Made by a program: the position numbers and the translations under genes
NCBI GenBank assembly: GCA_963770565.1
Contig: CAVYQE010000001.1
Location: forward strand, 1,280,001-1,344,000
DNA: 64,000 nucleotides
Source of the DNA: an uncultured Actinomycetota bacterium
GTDB lineage: Bacteria; Actinomycetota; Actinomycetes; JAFAQI01
Direction of reading: 5' to 3'
The notes under the pieces: generated by a model
Databases searched by the model: none
What the model was told of the DNA's origin: nothing
Seen by the model: the letters and a program-made list of their open reading frames with translations, nothing else
Shown here: positions 32,892 through 43,080 of the stretch, piece by piece
Layout: each line of letters begins with the position of its first letter
How positions within the stretch are numbered: the stretch's first letter is position 1

Positions 32892-33812
32892 GTGACGCAG
32901 CCCCCGCCGGACATGAGGTTGCGCGGCGCCGTCGATCTGAGCGCGCTCAAGCGCCCGCCGGCACCGCCGGCCGCGCCCGCGAGCACCCCTGGCACACCGG
33001 TCATCGACGTCACCGAGGCGACGTTCGAGGCCGAGGTCGTCAACCGCTCGATGCAGGTGCCGATCGTCCTCGACTTCTGGGCCGAGTGGTGCGGGCCGTG
33101 CAAGCAGCTGTCGCCGATCCTGGAGAAGCTGGCCGCCGAGGATGCCGGGCGCTGGGTGCTCGCCAAGGTCGACGTCGACGCGCAGCCGAGGCTGAGCCAG
33201 GCGTTCCAGATTCAGAGCATCCCGAGCGTCATGGCGGTGATCGGCGGGCAGCCGGTGCCGCTCTTCCAGGGCGCGGTCGCCGAGGCACAGGTGCGCGACG
33301 TCATCAACGAGGTGCTGCGGGTCGCGGCCGAGCACGGCATCACCGGCACGGTGTCAGCCGGCAACGGCAGCGACGATGCGCCGGCCGGGCCGACCGCGGT
33401 CGAGCTCGAGTACGCCGCAGCGGCGGACGCACTCGCTCGCGGTGACGCGGAGACGGCGCGGGCGGCGTACACAGCCCTCCTCGACCGCGCTCCGGGTGAC
33501 CCGGTCGCCACCGTCGGTCTGGCCAGGTGCGAGCTCGCGGTTCGCGTCGGCGGGGTCGACGAGGCGAAGGCGCGCGCGGGTGCCGAGGCCGATCCGGACG
33601 ACCTCGACGCGCAGTTCGTGGTCGCGGACCTGGACATGACGCGCGGTCAGGTCGACGAGGCGGTCTCGCGCCTGGTCGAGGCGGTCCGGCGCACCACGGA
33701 CGACGACCGCAACCGCGCCCGCGAGCGGCTGATCGCGCTCTTTGCGACGCTGGACCCGCAGGATCCGCGGCTCGCGGCCGGCCGCCGGGCGCTCGCAAAC
33801 GCGCTGTACTGA
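32892..33812 (+). CDS. Thioredoxin-TPR protein (YbbN/CnoX-like)
   Basis: DFWAEWCGPC, helical C-terminus ending RRALANALY. Confidence 0.9.
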   Translation: MTQPPPDMRLRGAVDLSALKRPPAPPAAPASTPGTPVIDVTEATFEAEVVNRSMQVPIVLDFWAEWCGPCKQLSPILEKLAAEDAGRWVLAKVDVDAQPRLSQAFQIQSIPSVMAVIGGQPVPLFQGAVAEAQVRDVINEVLRVAAEHGITGTVSAGNGSDDAPAGPTAVELEYAAAADALARGDAETARAAYTALLDRAPGDPVATVGLARCELAVRVGGVDEAKARAGAEADPDDLDAQFVVADLDMTRGQVDEAVSRLVEAVRRTTDDDRNRARERLIALFATLDPQDPRLAAGRRALANALY

Positions 33813-33884
33813 ACCCAGGCACTGAAGCCGCCCCGCGCCGCCCACCGGCGAAGGCGTGACCGGACGGCCTCTACGCTCGCGGGC

Positions 33885-34664
33885 ATGGCTGACTTTGTGA
33901 CCCTCGAGGTCGACGGCGCGATCGGCACGATCCGACTCGACCGCCCACCGATGAACGCGTTGAACGGACAGGTTCAGAACGAGATCAAGGCGGCGGCGCA
34001 GGAGGCGAGCGAGCGCAAGGAGATCCGCGCGGTGGTCATCTACGGCGGCCCGAAGATCTTCGCCGCCGGCGCCGACATCAAGGAGATGGCGCTCGCGTCG
34101 TACGCCGACATGGTCGACCGCTCGGTCGGACTCTCCGGCACCTTCGCGGCGGTGGCGGCGATCCCGAAGCCGGTGGTCGCGGCGATCAACGGCTACGCGC
34201 TCGGCGGCGGCTGCGAGCTGGCGCTGTGCGCCGACCGGCGGATCGCGGCGGACAACGCCCATCTCGGCCAGCCCGAGATCCTGCTCGGCGTGATCCCGGG
34301 TGCCGGCGGCACCCAGCGGCTGCCGCGCCTGGTCGGGCCGGCGAAGGCGAAGGACCTCTGCTTCACCGGCCGGTTCGTCGGTGCCGAGGAAGCGTTGCGG
34401 ATCGGCCTGGTCGACGAGGTGGTCCCGCCGGAGTCGGTCTACGACGCGGCGATGGCCTACGCCGGGCAGTTCGCCAACGGGCCGGCGTATGCGTTGCGGG
34501 CGGCAAAGGAGTCGATCGACCACGGCCTCGACGGCGACCTGGCGACCGGCCTCGCGATCGAGCGCCAGCAGTTCGCGGCCCTGTTCGCGACCGAGGACCA
34601 CCGGATCGGGATGGAGTCGTTCATCGAGCACGGCCCCGGAAAGGCCGAGTTCGTCGGCGGCTGA
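33885..34664 (+). CDS. Enoyl-CoA hydratase/isomerase
   Basis: FAAGADI, GGGCELA, GQPEILLGVIPGAGGTQRL. Confidence 0.93.
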   Translation: MADFVTLEVDGAIGTIRLDRPPMNALNGQVQNEIKAAAQEASERKEIRAVVIYGGPKIFAAGADIKEMALASYADMVDRSVGLSGTFAAVAAIPKPVVAAINGYALGGGCELALCADRRIAADNAHLGQPEILLGVIPGAGGTQRLPRLVGPAKAKDLCFTGRFVGAEEALRIGLVDEVVPPESVYDAAMAYAGQFANGPAYALRAAKESIDHGLDGDLATGLAIERQQFAALFATEDHRIGMESFIEHGPGKAEFVGG

Positions 34665-34730
34665 CGGCACCGCCCACGCGGGCAGCGCAGCGAAAGAATC
34701 GAGTTGACCGGTTTGGGTACGGTCGAGGGT

Positions 34731-36527
34731 GTGACCGGCACCGGGGGTGAGCAGGCTCCGGAGGGGGTACCGCGTGTTGCGCTGATGCGCTCGCGGTTCG
34801 CCGCGTTGTGGTGGTTGCGGTCCTACCTCAAGCCGTGGTCGCGTCAGGTTGTCGTGATGTTCGTCGCGGCCCTCGTCGGCGTCGCGGCCAGCACGCTCGT
34901 GCCGCTGGTGATCGAGGCGATCGTCGACGGCCCGATCAAGCGCGGCGAGCGCAGCCAGCTGATCCCGCTGTTCCTCGCGGTGCTCGGGCTCGGCATCACC
35001 GAGGCCGGCCTGATCGCCTACCGGCGCTGGGTGCAGTCGATCGCGGTGCTCTCGGTCGAGCGGCAGATCCGCGACGACCTCTACGCGCACCTGCAGAAGC
35101 TGTCGGTGAGCTTCCATGACCATTGGGGCACCGGGCAGTTGCTCTCCCGTGCGACCAGCGACCTGTCGACGATCCGCCGCTTTCTCGGCTTCGGCGCGAT
35201 CTACCTGGTCGTCAACACCGTGCAGTACGTCGCGGTCATCGTGTTGCTCCTCACGACCTACTGGCCGCTGGGGATCCTGGTCGCCCTGTCGACCTTCCCC
35301 GTCGTCGTGCTGTCGCGCCGGTTCGGTGCGTCGTACGCCGTGGTGTCGAGGCGGATGCAGGACCAGCAGGGTGACCTCGCGACCATCGCCGAGGAGGCCG
35401 CGAGCGGGATCCGGGTCACGAAGGCGTTCGGTCGCGGCCCGTGGCTGACCAGCCATTTCCTCTCCTCCGCCGAGCTGGTCCGCGGGTCGCAGCTGGACAT
35501 GGTCGGGCTGCTCGGCCGGTTCTGGTCGTTGCTGATGCTGATCCCGAACCTCACGATGGCGCTGGTCGTGCTGCTCGGGACGCTCGCGGTCGTGCACGGC
35601 GCGATGACGCTGGGTGCGCTGGTCGCCTTCGTGGCATTGCTCGTGCTGCTGCAGTGGCCGGTCATCGACATCGGCTGGATCCTCGCGATGGCGGAGGAGT
35701 CCGCCACCGCGGCGATGCGGTTGATCGAGGTCTTCGAGACCGAGCCCGCGATCGCCAACCCGCAGGAGCCGATCCCGCTGGTCCGCCCGCGCGGCCGGTT
35801 GTGCTTCGAGTCGGTGTCGTTCCAGTTCCACGACGCCGACGAGCCCACGCTGCGCGACATCTCGCTCGACATCGAGCCCGGCGAGACGGTGGCCATCGTC
35901 GGCGCGACCGGCTCCGGGAAGAGCGTGCTCACCGCGTTGCCGTCACGGCTGCACGACGTGACCGGCGGCCGGATCACCCTCGACGGCGTCGACATCCGCG
36001 ACCTCGCGCTGACCCAGCTGCGCCGGGAGGTCGCCACGGCGTTCGAGGACCCGGTGCTGTTCTCGATGAGCGTTCGCGAGAACCTCTCGCTCGGCCGGCC
36101 GGACGCCTCGGATGCCGAGATCGAGGCGGCGCTTGAGCTGGCCCAGGCGACCTTCGTCCACGACCTGCCGTGGGGGCTCGACACCAGGATCGGCGAGCAG
36201 GGCCTGTCGTTGTCGGGCGGTCAGCGGCAGCGCCTCGCGCTGGCTCGGGCGGTGGTGGCGCGGCCGACCGTCCTGGTGCTCGACGACCCGCTCTCCGCTC
36301 TCGACGTCCACACCGAGGCGCTGGTCGAACGCGCGTTGGCCTCGGTCCTGCGCGAGACGACCGGGCTCGTGGTGGTGCACCGGCCGTCGACCGTCGCGCT
36401 CGCCGACCGGGTCGCCTTGCTCGTCGACGGCACGTTCGCGGCCGTCGGCACGCACTCCGAGTTGATGCGACTTCCGGCCTATGCCGCGATCCTCACCGTC
36501 GACGGGACCGAGCGGGAGGCGTCATGA
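34731..36527 (+). CDS. ABC exporter half-transporter (degenerate Walker B)
   Basis: TMD + GATGSGKS, LSGGQ, VLDDP; TACGGT 7 nt before GTG 34731. Confidence 0.92.
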   Translation: MTGTGGEQAPEGVPRVALMRSRFAALWWLRSYLKPWSRQVVVMFVAALVGVAASTLVPLVIEAIVDGPIKRGERSQLIPLFLAVLGLGITEAGLIAYRRWVQSIAVLSVERQIRDDLYAHLQKLSVSFHDHWGTGQLLSRATSDLSTIRRFLGFGAIYLVVNTVQYVAVIVLLLTTYWPLGILVALSTFPVVVLSRRFGASYAVVSRRMQDQQGDLATIAEEAASGIRVTKAFGRGPWLTSHFLSSAELVRGSQLDMVGLLGRFWSLLMLIPNLTMALVVLLGTLAVVHGAMTLGALVAFVALLVLLQWPVIDIGWILAMAEESATAAMRLIEVFETEPAIANPQEPIPLVRPRGRLCFESVSFQFHDADEPTLRDISLDIEPGETVAIVGATGSGKSVLTALPSRLHDVTGGRITLDGVDIRDLALTQLRREVATAFEDPVLFSMSVRENLSLGRPDASDAEIEAALELAQATFVHDLPWGLDTRIGEQGLSLSGGQRQRLALARAVVARPTVLVLDDPLSALDVHTEALVERALASVLRETTGLVVVHRPSTVALADRVALLVDGTFAAVGTHSELMRLPAYAAILTVDGTEREAS

Positions 36528-38395
36528 CGGCCGACCGCCCCGATCTGCTCGCCGACGACGACGTCGAGATGGACGAGATCTCGCACTGGCGCGGCGTGGC
36601 CGCCGACACCGACGAGGAGATGCCGACCTCGGTGTCGGTGATCCTGCGCCGTCGTACTCGCACTCTGCTGTCGTCGCTGTTGCGACCGCATCGGCGCTCG
36701 ATGATCAACGTGTCGTTCGCGATCGTGGTCGGCACGGCCGCGTCGATGGCGATCCCGGCGCTGGTCGGAATCGGCATTGACTCCGGGATCAACAACGCGC
36801 GCAGCGGCGATCACACGACGATCATCCTGGTGACCGCAGCGATCGTCGTTTGCGCGCTCACCCAGGCCTGGCTCACGAGAGTGTTCCTGCTCGGCTCGGG
36901 GCGGATCGGCCAGGACGCGGTGATCGAGCTACGCCGCCGGGTCTTCGTGCACTTCCAGTCGCTGAGTCTGTCGTTCCACGAGAGCTACACCTCGGGTCGG
37001 GTGATCAGCCGGCTGACGTCGGACTTCGACGCGATCAACGCGTTGCTCGATGCCGGTCTCGACACCCTCGTCACGTCGGTGTTGACGATCGTCACGATCA
37101 GCATCGTGCTGCTGGTCCTCGACTGGCCGCTCGCGCTCGTGTCGCTGATCTCGCTCATCCCGCTGCTGTTCATGAGCCGCTGGTATCAGCGCCGGTCGAC
37201 CGTTGCCTATCGCCGGACCCGTGAAGCGATCGCGCTGGTGATCATCCACTTCACCGAGTCGCTGCGCGGGATCCGCGCGGTGCAGGCGTTCCGTCGCGAG
37301 CCGCGCAACAACGAGATCTTTCGTGACCTCGACGAACGCAACCGCAAGGCGATGACCACGTCGTTCCAGCTGCTCACCGTCTACTGGCCGGGCATCCGGC
37401 TGGTGGGCAACGTCACGACCGCGGTCGTTCTGCTGTACGGCGGCACCCGGGTGATCGACGGCAAGATGGGCGTCGGCGTGCTTGCAGCGTTCGTGTTGTA
37501 CCTCAGGCAGTTCTTCGAGCCGATGGCCGAGGTCAGCCAGTTCTACGACGCGTTTCAGGGTGCCGCGGCCGGGATCGAGAAGCTGGCCGGCGTGCTCGAC
37601 GAGCGGCCGACCGTTGCGCTTCCCGAGGTGTCGACCCGGCTGCCGGCCGAGGAGTTCCGGGGCGCGGTGCACTTCGACCAGGTGAGCTTCGGCTATCGGC
37701 CCGGGCGGGAGATCATTCACGACTTCTCGCTGCGGATCCCGGCCGCCCAGACGGTCGCATTGCTGGGAAATACCGGCGCGGGCAAGAGCACGTTGGCTCG
37801 CCTGCTGGCCCGTTTCTACGACCCGCTCGCGGGCGTCGTTTCGGTCGACGGGATCTCCCTGCCGGAGCTCGCCGAGGTTGACCTTCGCGCTGCCGTCGCG
37901 ATGGTCACGCAGGAGTCGTTCATGTTCTCCGGGTCGGTGGCCGACAACATCGCCTTCGGCCGCCCTGACGCCAGCCGTGCCGAGATCGAGGCTGCCGGCC
38001 GAGCGGTCGGCGTCGACGCCGTCGTGTCGCATCTGCGCGACGGGTACGACGAGAACGTCGGCAAGAACGGCTCGCGGCTCTCGGCCGGTCAGCGGCAACT
38101 GATCGCGCTGGCCCGCGCCCTGCTGGCCGACCCCGCGGTCCTGATCCTCGACGAGGCGAGCTCGTCACTCGACGCGCCGACCGAACGGCTCGTGCAGAAC
38201 GCGCTCAAGACCGTGCTGGCGAACCGGACCGCGCTGATCATCGCGCACCGGCTCTCGACCGTGGCGATCGCCGACCGGGTGCTGGTGATGGCGGACGGCC
38301 GGATCATCGAGGACGGCACGCCGCAGGAGCTGCTCGAAGCAGGTTCCGGGGAGTACGCCGCGCTGGCCAAGGCGTGGCGGGAGAGCCTGGTCTGA
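36524..38395 (+). CDS. ABC exporter half-transporter (heterodimer partner)
   Basis: TMD + GNTGAGKST, LSAGQ, ILDEA, IAHRL. Confidence 0.92.
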   Translation: MTADRPDLLADDDVEMDEISHWRGVAADTDEEMPTSVSVILRRRTRTLLSSLLRPHRRSMINVSFAIVVGTAASMAIPALVGIGIDSGINNARSGDHTTIILVTAAIVVCALTQAWLTRVFLLGSGRIGQDAVIELRRRVFVHFQSLSLSFHESYTSGRVISRLTSDFDAINALLDAGLDTLVTSVLTIVTISIVLLVLDWPLALVSLISLIPLLFMSRWYQRRSTVAYRRTREAIALVIIHFTESLRGIRAVQAFRREPRNNEIFRDLDERNRKAMTTSFQLLTVYWPGIRLVGNVTTAVVLLYGGTRVIDGKMGVGVLAAFVLYLRQFFEPMAEVSQFYDAFQGAAAGIEKLAGVLDERPTVALPEVSTRLPAEEFRGAVHFDQVSFGYRPGREIIHDFSLRIPAAQTVALLGNTGAGKSTLARLLARFYDPLAGVVSVDGISLPELAEVDLRAAVAMVTQESFMFSGSVADNIAFGRPDASRAEIEAAGRAVGVDAVVSHLRDGYDENVGKNGSRLSAGQRQLIALARALLADPAVLILDEASSSLDAPTERLVQNALKTVLANRTALIIAHRLSTVAIADRVLVMADGRIIEDGTPQELLEAGSGEYAALAKAWRESLV

Positions 38396-38450
38396 CCCGG
38401 CACCGGCCGGGACTCGTTTGTCGTCGGTGGATTCGTGCATGATCAGGTCC

Positions 38451-39935
38451 GTGAGCACCACCGAGGCCGCGCCCACCCGGCCCGGTATCGCTCGCCGCGT
38501 GGTCGGGCACGGCGCCAGCCAGGTCGAGGACGCGTTCGGCGGCCCGGCTCGCACCAGGGTGATCCTCGTGCTCGGCGCGGTCTGGGCGCTGTCGAGTGCC
38601 GACACCGCAACGGTCGGTGCATCCGCCACCGTGCTTCGACACGCCCTGCACATCGACAACGCCGACATCGGCCTGCTGGTCGGGGTCAACGCAGTGGTCG
38701 CCGCGATTGCGAGCATCCCGTTCGGCGTGCTGGCCGACCGGGTGCGTCGTACGACGACTCTGGGCCTGTCGATCGTGCTGTGGGGTGGCTGCATGATCTG
38801 GAGCGCCACCGCCAGCTCGTTCGGCAACCTGCTGGTGACCCGGCTCTTCCTCGGCATCGCGACCGCATCGGCCGGCCCGGTGGTGGCGTCGATGCTCGGT
38901 GACTGGTTCGCGAGCGCCGAGCGCGGCCGGATCTACAGCTACGTGTTGACCGGTGAGCTGCTCGGTGCGGGAGTCGGGTTCGCGGTCACGGGTGACATCG
39001 CGATGCTGTCGTGGCGGTTGGCGTTCGTGATCCTCGCGTTGCCGGCCTTCGTCATTGCCTGGGCGGTGTTGAAGCTGCCGGAACCGGTGCGCGGCGGGAG
39101 CGGCGCGATTCCGCCCGGCGCGTTGCAGATCCCGGTCGCCGGTGACCTCGGTGTGGTGCCGGGGGAGAACACCGCGGAGGAGACCGCGCTCGAGGAGACC
39201 GATGCACAGCGGATCTCGCGGGAGAAGGGAGTCGCGCCCGACCCCGACAACATCCTGGTCGGCGATCCGCGCCGGATGAGCCTGATCGACGCCACGCGTT
39301 ACATCCTGTCGATCCGGACCAATGTCGTGATGATCATCGCGGGTGCGTGCGGCTACTTCTACCTGGCCGGCGTGCAGACCTTCGGCGCCGAGTTCGTGCA
39401 CCAGCAGTACGGGATCGACCAGGCGCTGGCCAACCTGCTGATCCTCGCGCTGGGGCTCGGCGCCGTAGTCGGCGTGCTGGTCGGCGGCCGGCTCGGTGAT
39501 GCGCTGCTGGCCCGCGGGCATCTCAACGGGCGGATGCTGGTCGCTGCAGTCACGTCCGGGATCGCGGTGCTCGCCTTCGTGCCGGCGCTGCTGACCCACC
39601 ATCCGTGGCGGGCCCTGCCCTACCTCATCCTGGCTGCGTTCGGTCTCTCGGCTCAGAACCCGCCGCTGAACGCTGCCCGGCTCGACATCATGATCCCGCC
39701 GTTGTGGGGGCGCGCCGAGGGGGTGCGCACCTTCTTGCGCACCGCTGCCCAGGCACTGGCACCGGTGTTGTTCGGAGCGATGTCGGACATCGTCTTCGGC
39801 AACCGGCACGGCGCGCTGCATTGGACGTTCCTGGTGATGCTGCTGCCGTTGGCGGCCAGCTCGCTCGTGTTGTTCAGGGCGTTGTCGAGCTATCCGCGCG
39901 ATGTCGCGACCGCGGCGGCCGCTACTCGCCGATGA
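38451..39935 (+). CDS. MFS transporter
   Basis: GVLADRVRR and GRLGD motifs; about 12 TM helices. Confidence 0.88.
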   Translation: MSTTEAAPTRPGIARRVVGHGASQVEDAFGGPARTRVILVLGAVWALSSADTATVGASATVLRHALHIDNADIGLLVGVNAVVAAIASIPFGVLADRVRRTTTLGLSIVLWGGCMIWSATASSFGNLLVTRLFLGIATASAGPVVASMLGDWFASAERGRIYSYVLTGELLGAGVGFAVTGDIAMLSWRLAFVILALPAFVIAWAVLKLPEPVRGGSGAIPPGALQIPVAGDLGVVPGENTAEETALEETDAQRISREKGVAPDPDNILVGDPRRMSLIDATRYILSIRTNVVMIIAGACGYFYLAGVQTFGAEFVHQQYGIDQALANLLILALGLGAVVGVLVGGRLGDALLARGHLNGRMLVAAVTSGIAVLAFVPALLTHHPWRALPYLILAAFGLSAQNPPLNAARLDIMIPPLWGRAEGVRTFLRTAAQALAPVLFGAMSDIVFGNRHGALHWTFLVMLLPLAASSLVLFRALSSYPRDVATAAAATRR

Positions 39936-41391
39936 GCGCGTCGGTCGCCGGCGTGTGCCGATCGAGAAAGGCGAAGACGTCGGTGGTGTCGACGCCCGGG
40001 AAGGTGCCGGGGGGCAACGCCGCCAGCAGGTGAGTGTGGGCGCGGGCCGACGGCCAGGCCCGGCCGGACCATCGATCAGCCAGGTCGGCCGGCGGTCGCC
40101 GGCAGCAGCTCGGTGCGGGACAGGTCGAACGACGGCGGCGATGGGTGTCCGATGCCCGGAACCACTTCGCGTGCTGGAACGGGACGCCGACCGTAACGGC
40201 GAACTCCCCGCCCGGCCCGGGCTGGACATGTGCGGTGCAGAAGAACGTGCCGCCGGGGGTGTCGGTGTATTGCGCGTAGGTGCCGTAGCGCTCCGGCGCG
40301 GTGAACACCTGTCGCGAGGAGTACTCGCGACAGGCCAGCTGACCCTCGATGGCGCCGATCGCGTCGGACGGGAAGGCCAGGCCGTCGTTCTCGTACGCCT
40401 TGTAGATCGTGCCGCTGGCGTCGGTCCGGCAGAAGTGCACCGGCAGGTCGAGGTGATGGGTCGCGAGGTTGGTGAACCGGTGCGCGGCGGTCTCGTGCGA
40501 GATCGCGAAGACGTCGCGCATGTCCGCCATGTCGATCGCCCGGTCGCGCTTGGCTTCGGTCAGGAACCGTACGGCGTGGGTCTCGGGCACGAGCGCGGCC
40601 GCGGCGAAGTAGTTTGCCTCGACCCGTTGCCGCAGGAAGTCGGCGAAGTCGGTCGGGTCGGTGTGACCGAGCGCGAAGTGACCGAGGGTCTGCAGGACGA
40701 CGTAGCGGGGGTCGTGGCCGGCCGGTTGCTGTGGCAGGTAGATCCGCTGATGCTCGAGGTCGGTGACCGAGCGGGTCGACTCCGGCAGGTCGGTCACGCT
40801 GTGCAGGGTGAAGCCGAAGTGCGCGGCGAGGTCGGTGATCATCCGCTGGGGGAGCGCGCCGCCGGCGTAGTTCACCGCCTTCAGCGCCTGCCCGACCGCG
40901 CGCTCGATCTCGGGGAAGTAGTTGTCGATGCTGCGCATGTGCCGGCGCAGCTCGACGTTGGCCTGCCGGGCGGCTTCCGGGGTCGCCGCAAACCGGGCGT
41001 CGCGCCGGCGCAGCTCGTCGTGCAGGGCGACGACGTGCTCCAGTACGTCGGTCGGGATCCGCGGGCTCGGCCGCAAGGCGGGCAGGCCGAGCGAGGCGTA
41101 CGACGGTTCGCGCTGGGACCGTTCGAGCGCGATCTCGAGCGAGGCCCGGCGGCTCGGTGGCTCGGGCCGGAGCAGGTCCTCGACCGGGACGTCGAGGGCG
41201 CCGGCGATCGCCCGCAGCAGCGACAGGCGCGGCTCGCGACGGCCGTTCTCGACCATCGAGAGCGCGGAGCTCGCCGAGCCGGACGCGGCGGCGAGCTGGG
41301 CGAGAGTGAGGCCGTGCGTGCGGCGCAGGTGCCGGATCCGCTGGCCGAGGGTGACCAGGTCGATTTCCGGAGCCTCAGTCGGTCGCGCCAT
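39922..41391 (-). CDS. XRE-family RamB/PrpR-like regulator
   Basis: N-terminal HTH (LSMVENGRREP), EANYFAAAAL, HETAAHRF, C-terminal Cys motif; divergent to aceA. Confidence 0.85.
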   Translation of the reverse strand: MARPTEAPEIDLVTLGQRIRHLRRTHGLTLAQLAAASGSASSALSMVENGRREPRLSLLRAIAGALDVPVEDLLRPEPPSRRASLEIALERSQREPSYASLGLPALRPSPRIPTDVLEHVVALHDELRRRDARFAATPEAARQANVELRRHMRSIDNYFPEIERAVGQALKAVNYAGGALPQRMITDLAAHFGFTLHSVTDLPESTRSVTDLEHQRIYLPQQPAGHDPRYVVLQTLGHFALGHTDPTDFADFLRQRVEANYFAAAALVPETHAVRFLTEAKRDRAIDMADMRDVFAISHETAAHRFTNLATHHLDLPVHFCRTDASGTIYKAYENDGLAFPSDAIGAIEGQLACREYSSRQVFTAPERYGTYAQYTDTPGGTFFCTAHVQPGPGGEFAVTVGVPFQHAKWFRASDTHRRRRSTCPAPSCCRRPPADLADRWSGRAWPSARAHTHLLAALPPGTFPGVDTTDVFAFLDRHTPATDALIGE

Positions 41392-41408
41392 GGCTACATC
41401 AAACCATC

Positions 41409-41429
41409 TTCTTCGCGTTTTGTGAAGAA
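41409..41429. promoter_or_regulatory. Palindromic operator between regulator and aceA
   Basis: TTCTTCGC-GTTTT-GTGAAGAA (7/8 symmetric) in an AT-rich intergenic region. Confidence 0.6.
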
Positions 41430-41527
41430 TCAGAGTTCTTCTCGTCGTTCGATTGCCTACTGATCAGTAGACCGGGCACATAGTGGAACACCGAGAGAAG
41501 TTCACGATGCGATTCCAGGAGCGATCC

Positions 41528-42817
41528 GTGACCGTCACCGAGGCACAGCAGGCCCAAGCCGCTGAGCTCACCGAGCAGTGGAACTCCGATCCCCGCTGGA
41601 AGGGCGTCACGCGCAACCACAGCGCCGCGGACGTGGTCCGGCTGCGCGGATCGATCCAGGAGGAGCACACCCTGGCCCGCCGCGGCGCGACGCGGCTGTG
41701 GGACCTCATCAACCAGGACGGCTACGTCAACTCCCTCGGTGCGATGACCGGCAACCAGGCCGTGCAGCAGGTGCGCGCCGGCCTCAAGGCGATCTACCTC
41801 TCCGGCTGGCAGGTCGCCGGTGACGCCAACCTCGCCGCGCAGACCTATCCGGACCAGAGCCTCTACCCGGTCAACTCCGTTCCTGCGGTGGTCCGGCGGA
41901 TCAACAACGCGCTCATCCGCGCCGACCAGATCAGCTGGAGCGAGGGCGGCAGCGACGACATCGACTGGTTCGCACCGATCGTCGCCGACGCCGAGGCCGG
42001 TTTCGGCGGGGTGCTGAACGCGTTCGAGCTGATGAAGTCGATGATCCAGGCCGGTGCCGCCGGCGTGCACTGGGAAGACCAGCTGTCGTCGGCGAAGAAG
42101 TGCGGGCACCTCGGCGGGAAGGTGCTGATCCCGACCGGACAGCACATCAAGACCCTGTCCGCGGCCCGGCTCGCTGCCGACATCGAGGGTGTGCCGAGCG
42201 TTATCGTCGCGCGCACCGATGCCCAAGCCGCGACGCTGATCACCAGCGACGTCGACGAGCGCGACCAGGCCTTCATCACCGGCGACCGCACCGCCGAGGG
42301 TTTCTACCGGGTGACCAACGGGATCGACCCCTGCATCGCCCGCGGCATCGCGTACGCGCCGTACGCCGACCTGCTCTGGATGGAGACCTCCACGCCGGAC
42401 CTCGAGCTGGCCAGGCAGTATGCCGAGGCGATCAAGAAGGAGCACCCCGACCAGCTGCTCGCCTACAACTGCTCGCCGTCGTTCAACTGGAAGGCGCACC
42501 TGGACGACGACACGATCGCGAAGTTCCAGCGGGAGCTCGGTGCGATGGGCTATCGGTTCCAGTTCATCACCCTGGCCGGGTTCCACGCCCTGAACTACGC
42601 GATGTTCGACCTGGCCAGGAACTACTCCGAGCGCGACATGTCCGCTTACGTCGAGCTGCAGGAGAAGGAGTTCGCCGCCGAGGCCGACGGCTACACCGCG
42701 ACCAAGCACCAGCGCGAGGTCGGCGCCGGCTACTTCGACGCGGTCGCGACTGCGATCGACCCGGCCGCAGAAACGTTGGCACTCAAGGGATCCACCGAAG
42801 AAGAGCAGTTCCACTAA
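41528..42817 (+). CDS. aceA: Isocitrate lyase
   Basis: [34 protein letters not shown]; AGGAG RBS. Confidence 0.97.
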   Translation: MTVTEAQQAQAAELTEQWNSDPRWKGVTRNHSAADVVRLRGSIQEEHTLARRGATRLWDLINQDGYVNSLGAMTGNQAVQQVRAGLKAIYLSGWQVAGDANLAAQTYPDQSLYPVNSVPAVVRRINNALIRADQISWSEGGSDDIDWFAPIVADAEAGFGGVLNAFELMKSMIQAGAAGVHWEDQLSSAKKCGHLGGKVLIPTGQHIKTLSAARLAADIEGVPSVIVARTDAQAATLITSDVDERDQAFITGDRTAEGFYRVTNGIDPCIARGIAYAPYADLLWMETSTPDLELARQYAEAIKKEHPDQLLAYNCSPSFNWKAHLDDDTIAKFQRELGAMGYRFQFITLAGFHALNYAMFDLARNYSERDMSAYVELQEKEFAAEADGYTATKHQREVGAGYFDAVATAIDPAAETLALKGSTEEEQFH

Positions 42818-42862
42818 GCCCTGCCCCGCCAGAACCGGCACCCGTTCTCACCGGAGGATGAC

Positions 42863-43039
42863 ATGCGTCGCTGCAACGGACGGCTCTTCGACGGAAGCGC
42901 CTGCAACAACCTGATGCTGGACTGCACCGAGTGCGGCAGCAGCGGCTGCGAAGGTGACGGCTGCGACTCGCAGTCGTTCACCTCGGGCTCCTGCGACTGC
43001 GGCTCACGAGTCGGCTCGCTCGCCAGCTCTGCTGCCTGA
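42863..43039 (+). CDS. 58-aa Cys-rich microprotein (not in ORF track)
   Basis: GGAGG 5 nt before ATG; MRRCNGRLFDGSACNNLMLDCTECGSSGCEGDGCDSQSFTSGSCDCGSRVGSLASSAA; all 8 Cys are TGC. Confidence 0.72.
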   Translation: MRRCNGRLFDGSACNNLMLDCTECGSSGCEGDGCDSQSFTSGSCDCGSRVGSLASSAA

Positions 43040-43080
43040 CTGACGTTCGCACCCTCGCTTCGCGGGGGATGATTGGCGGT

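Noticed and set aside
33354-35831. Long antisense ORFs (also 31176-33335, 47646-49808, 56174-57775)
   Set aside because: Shadow frames of high-GC genes; no motifs, and they overlap well-supported genes.
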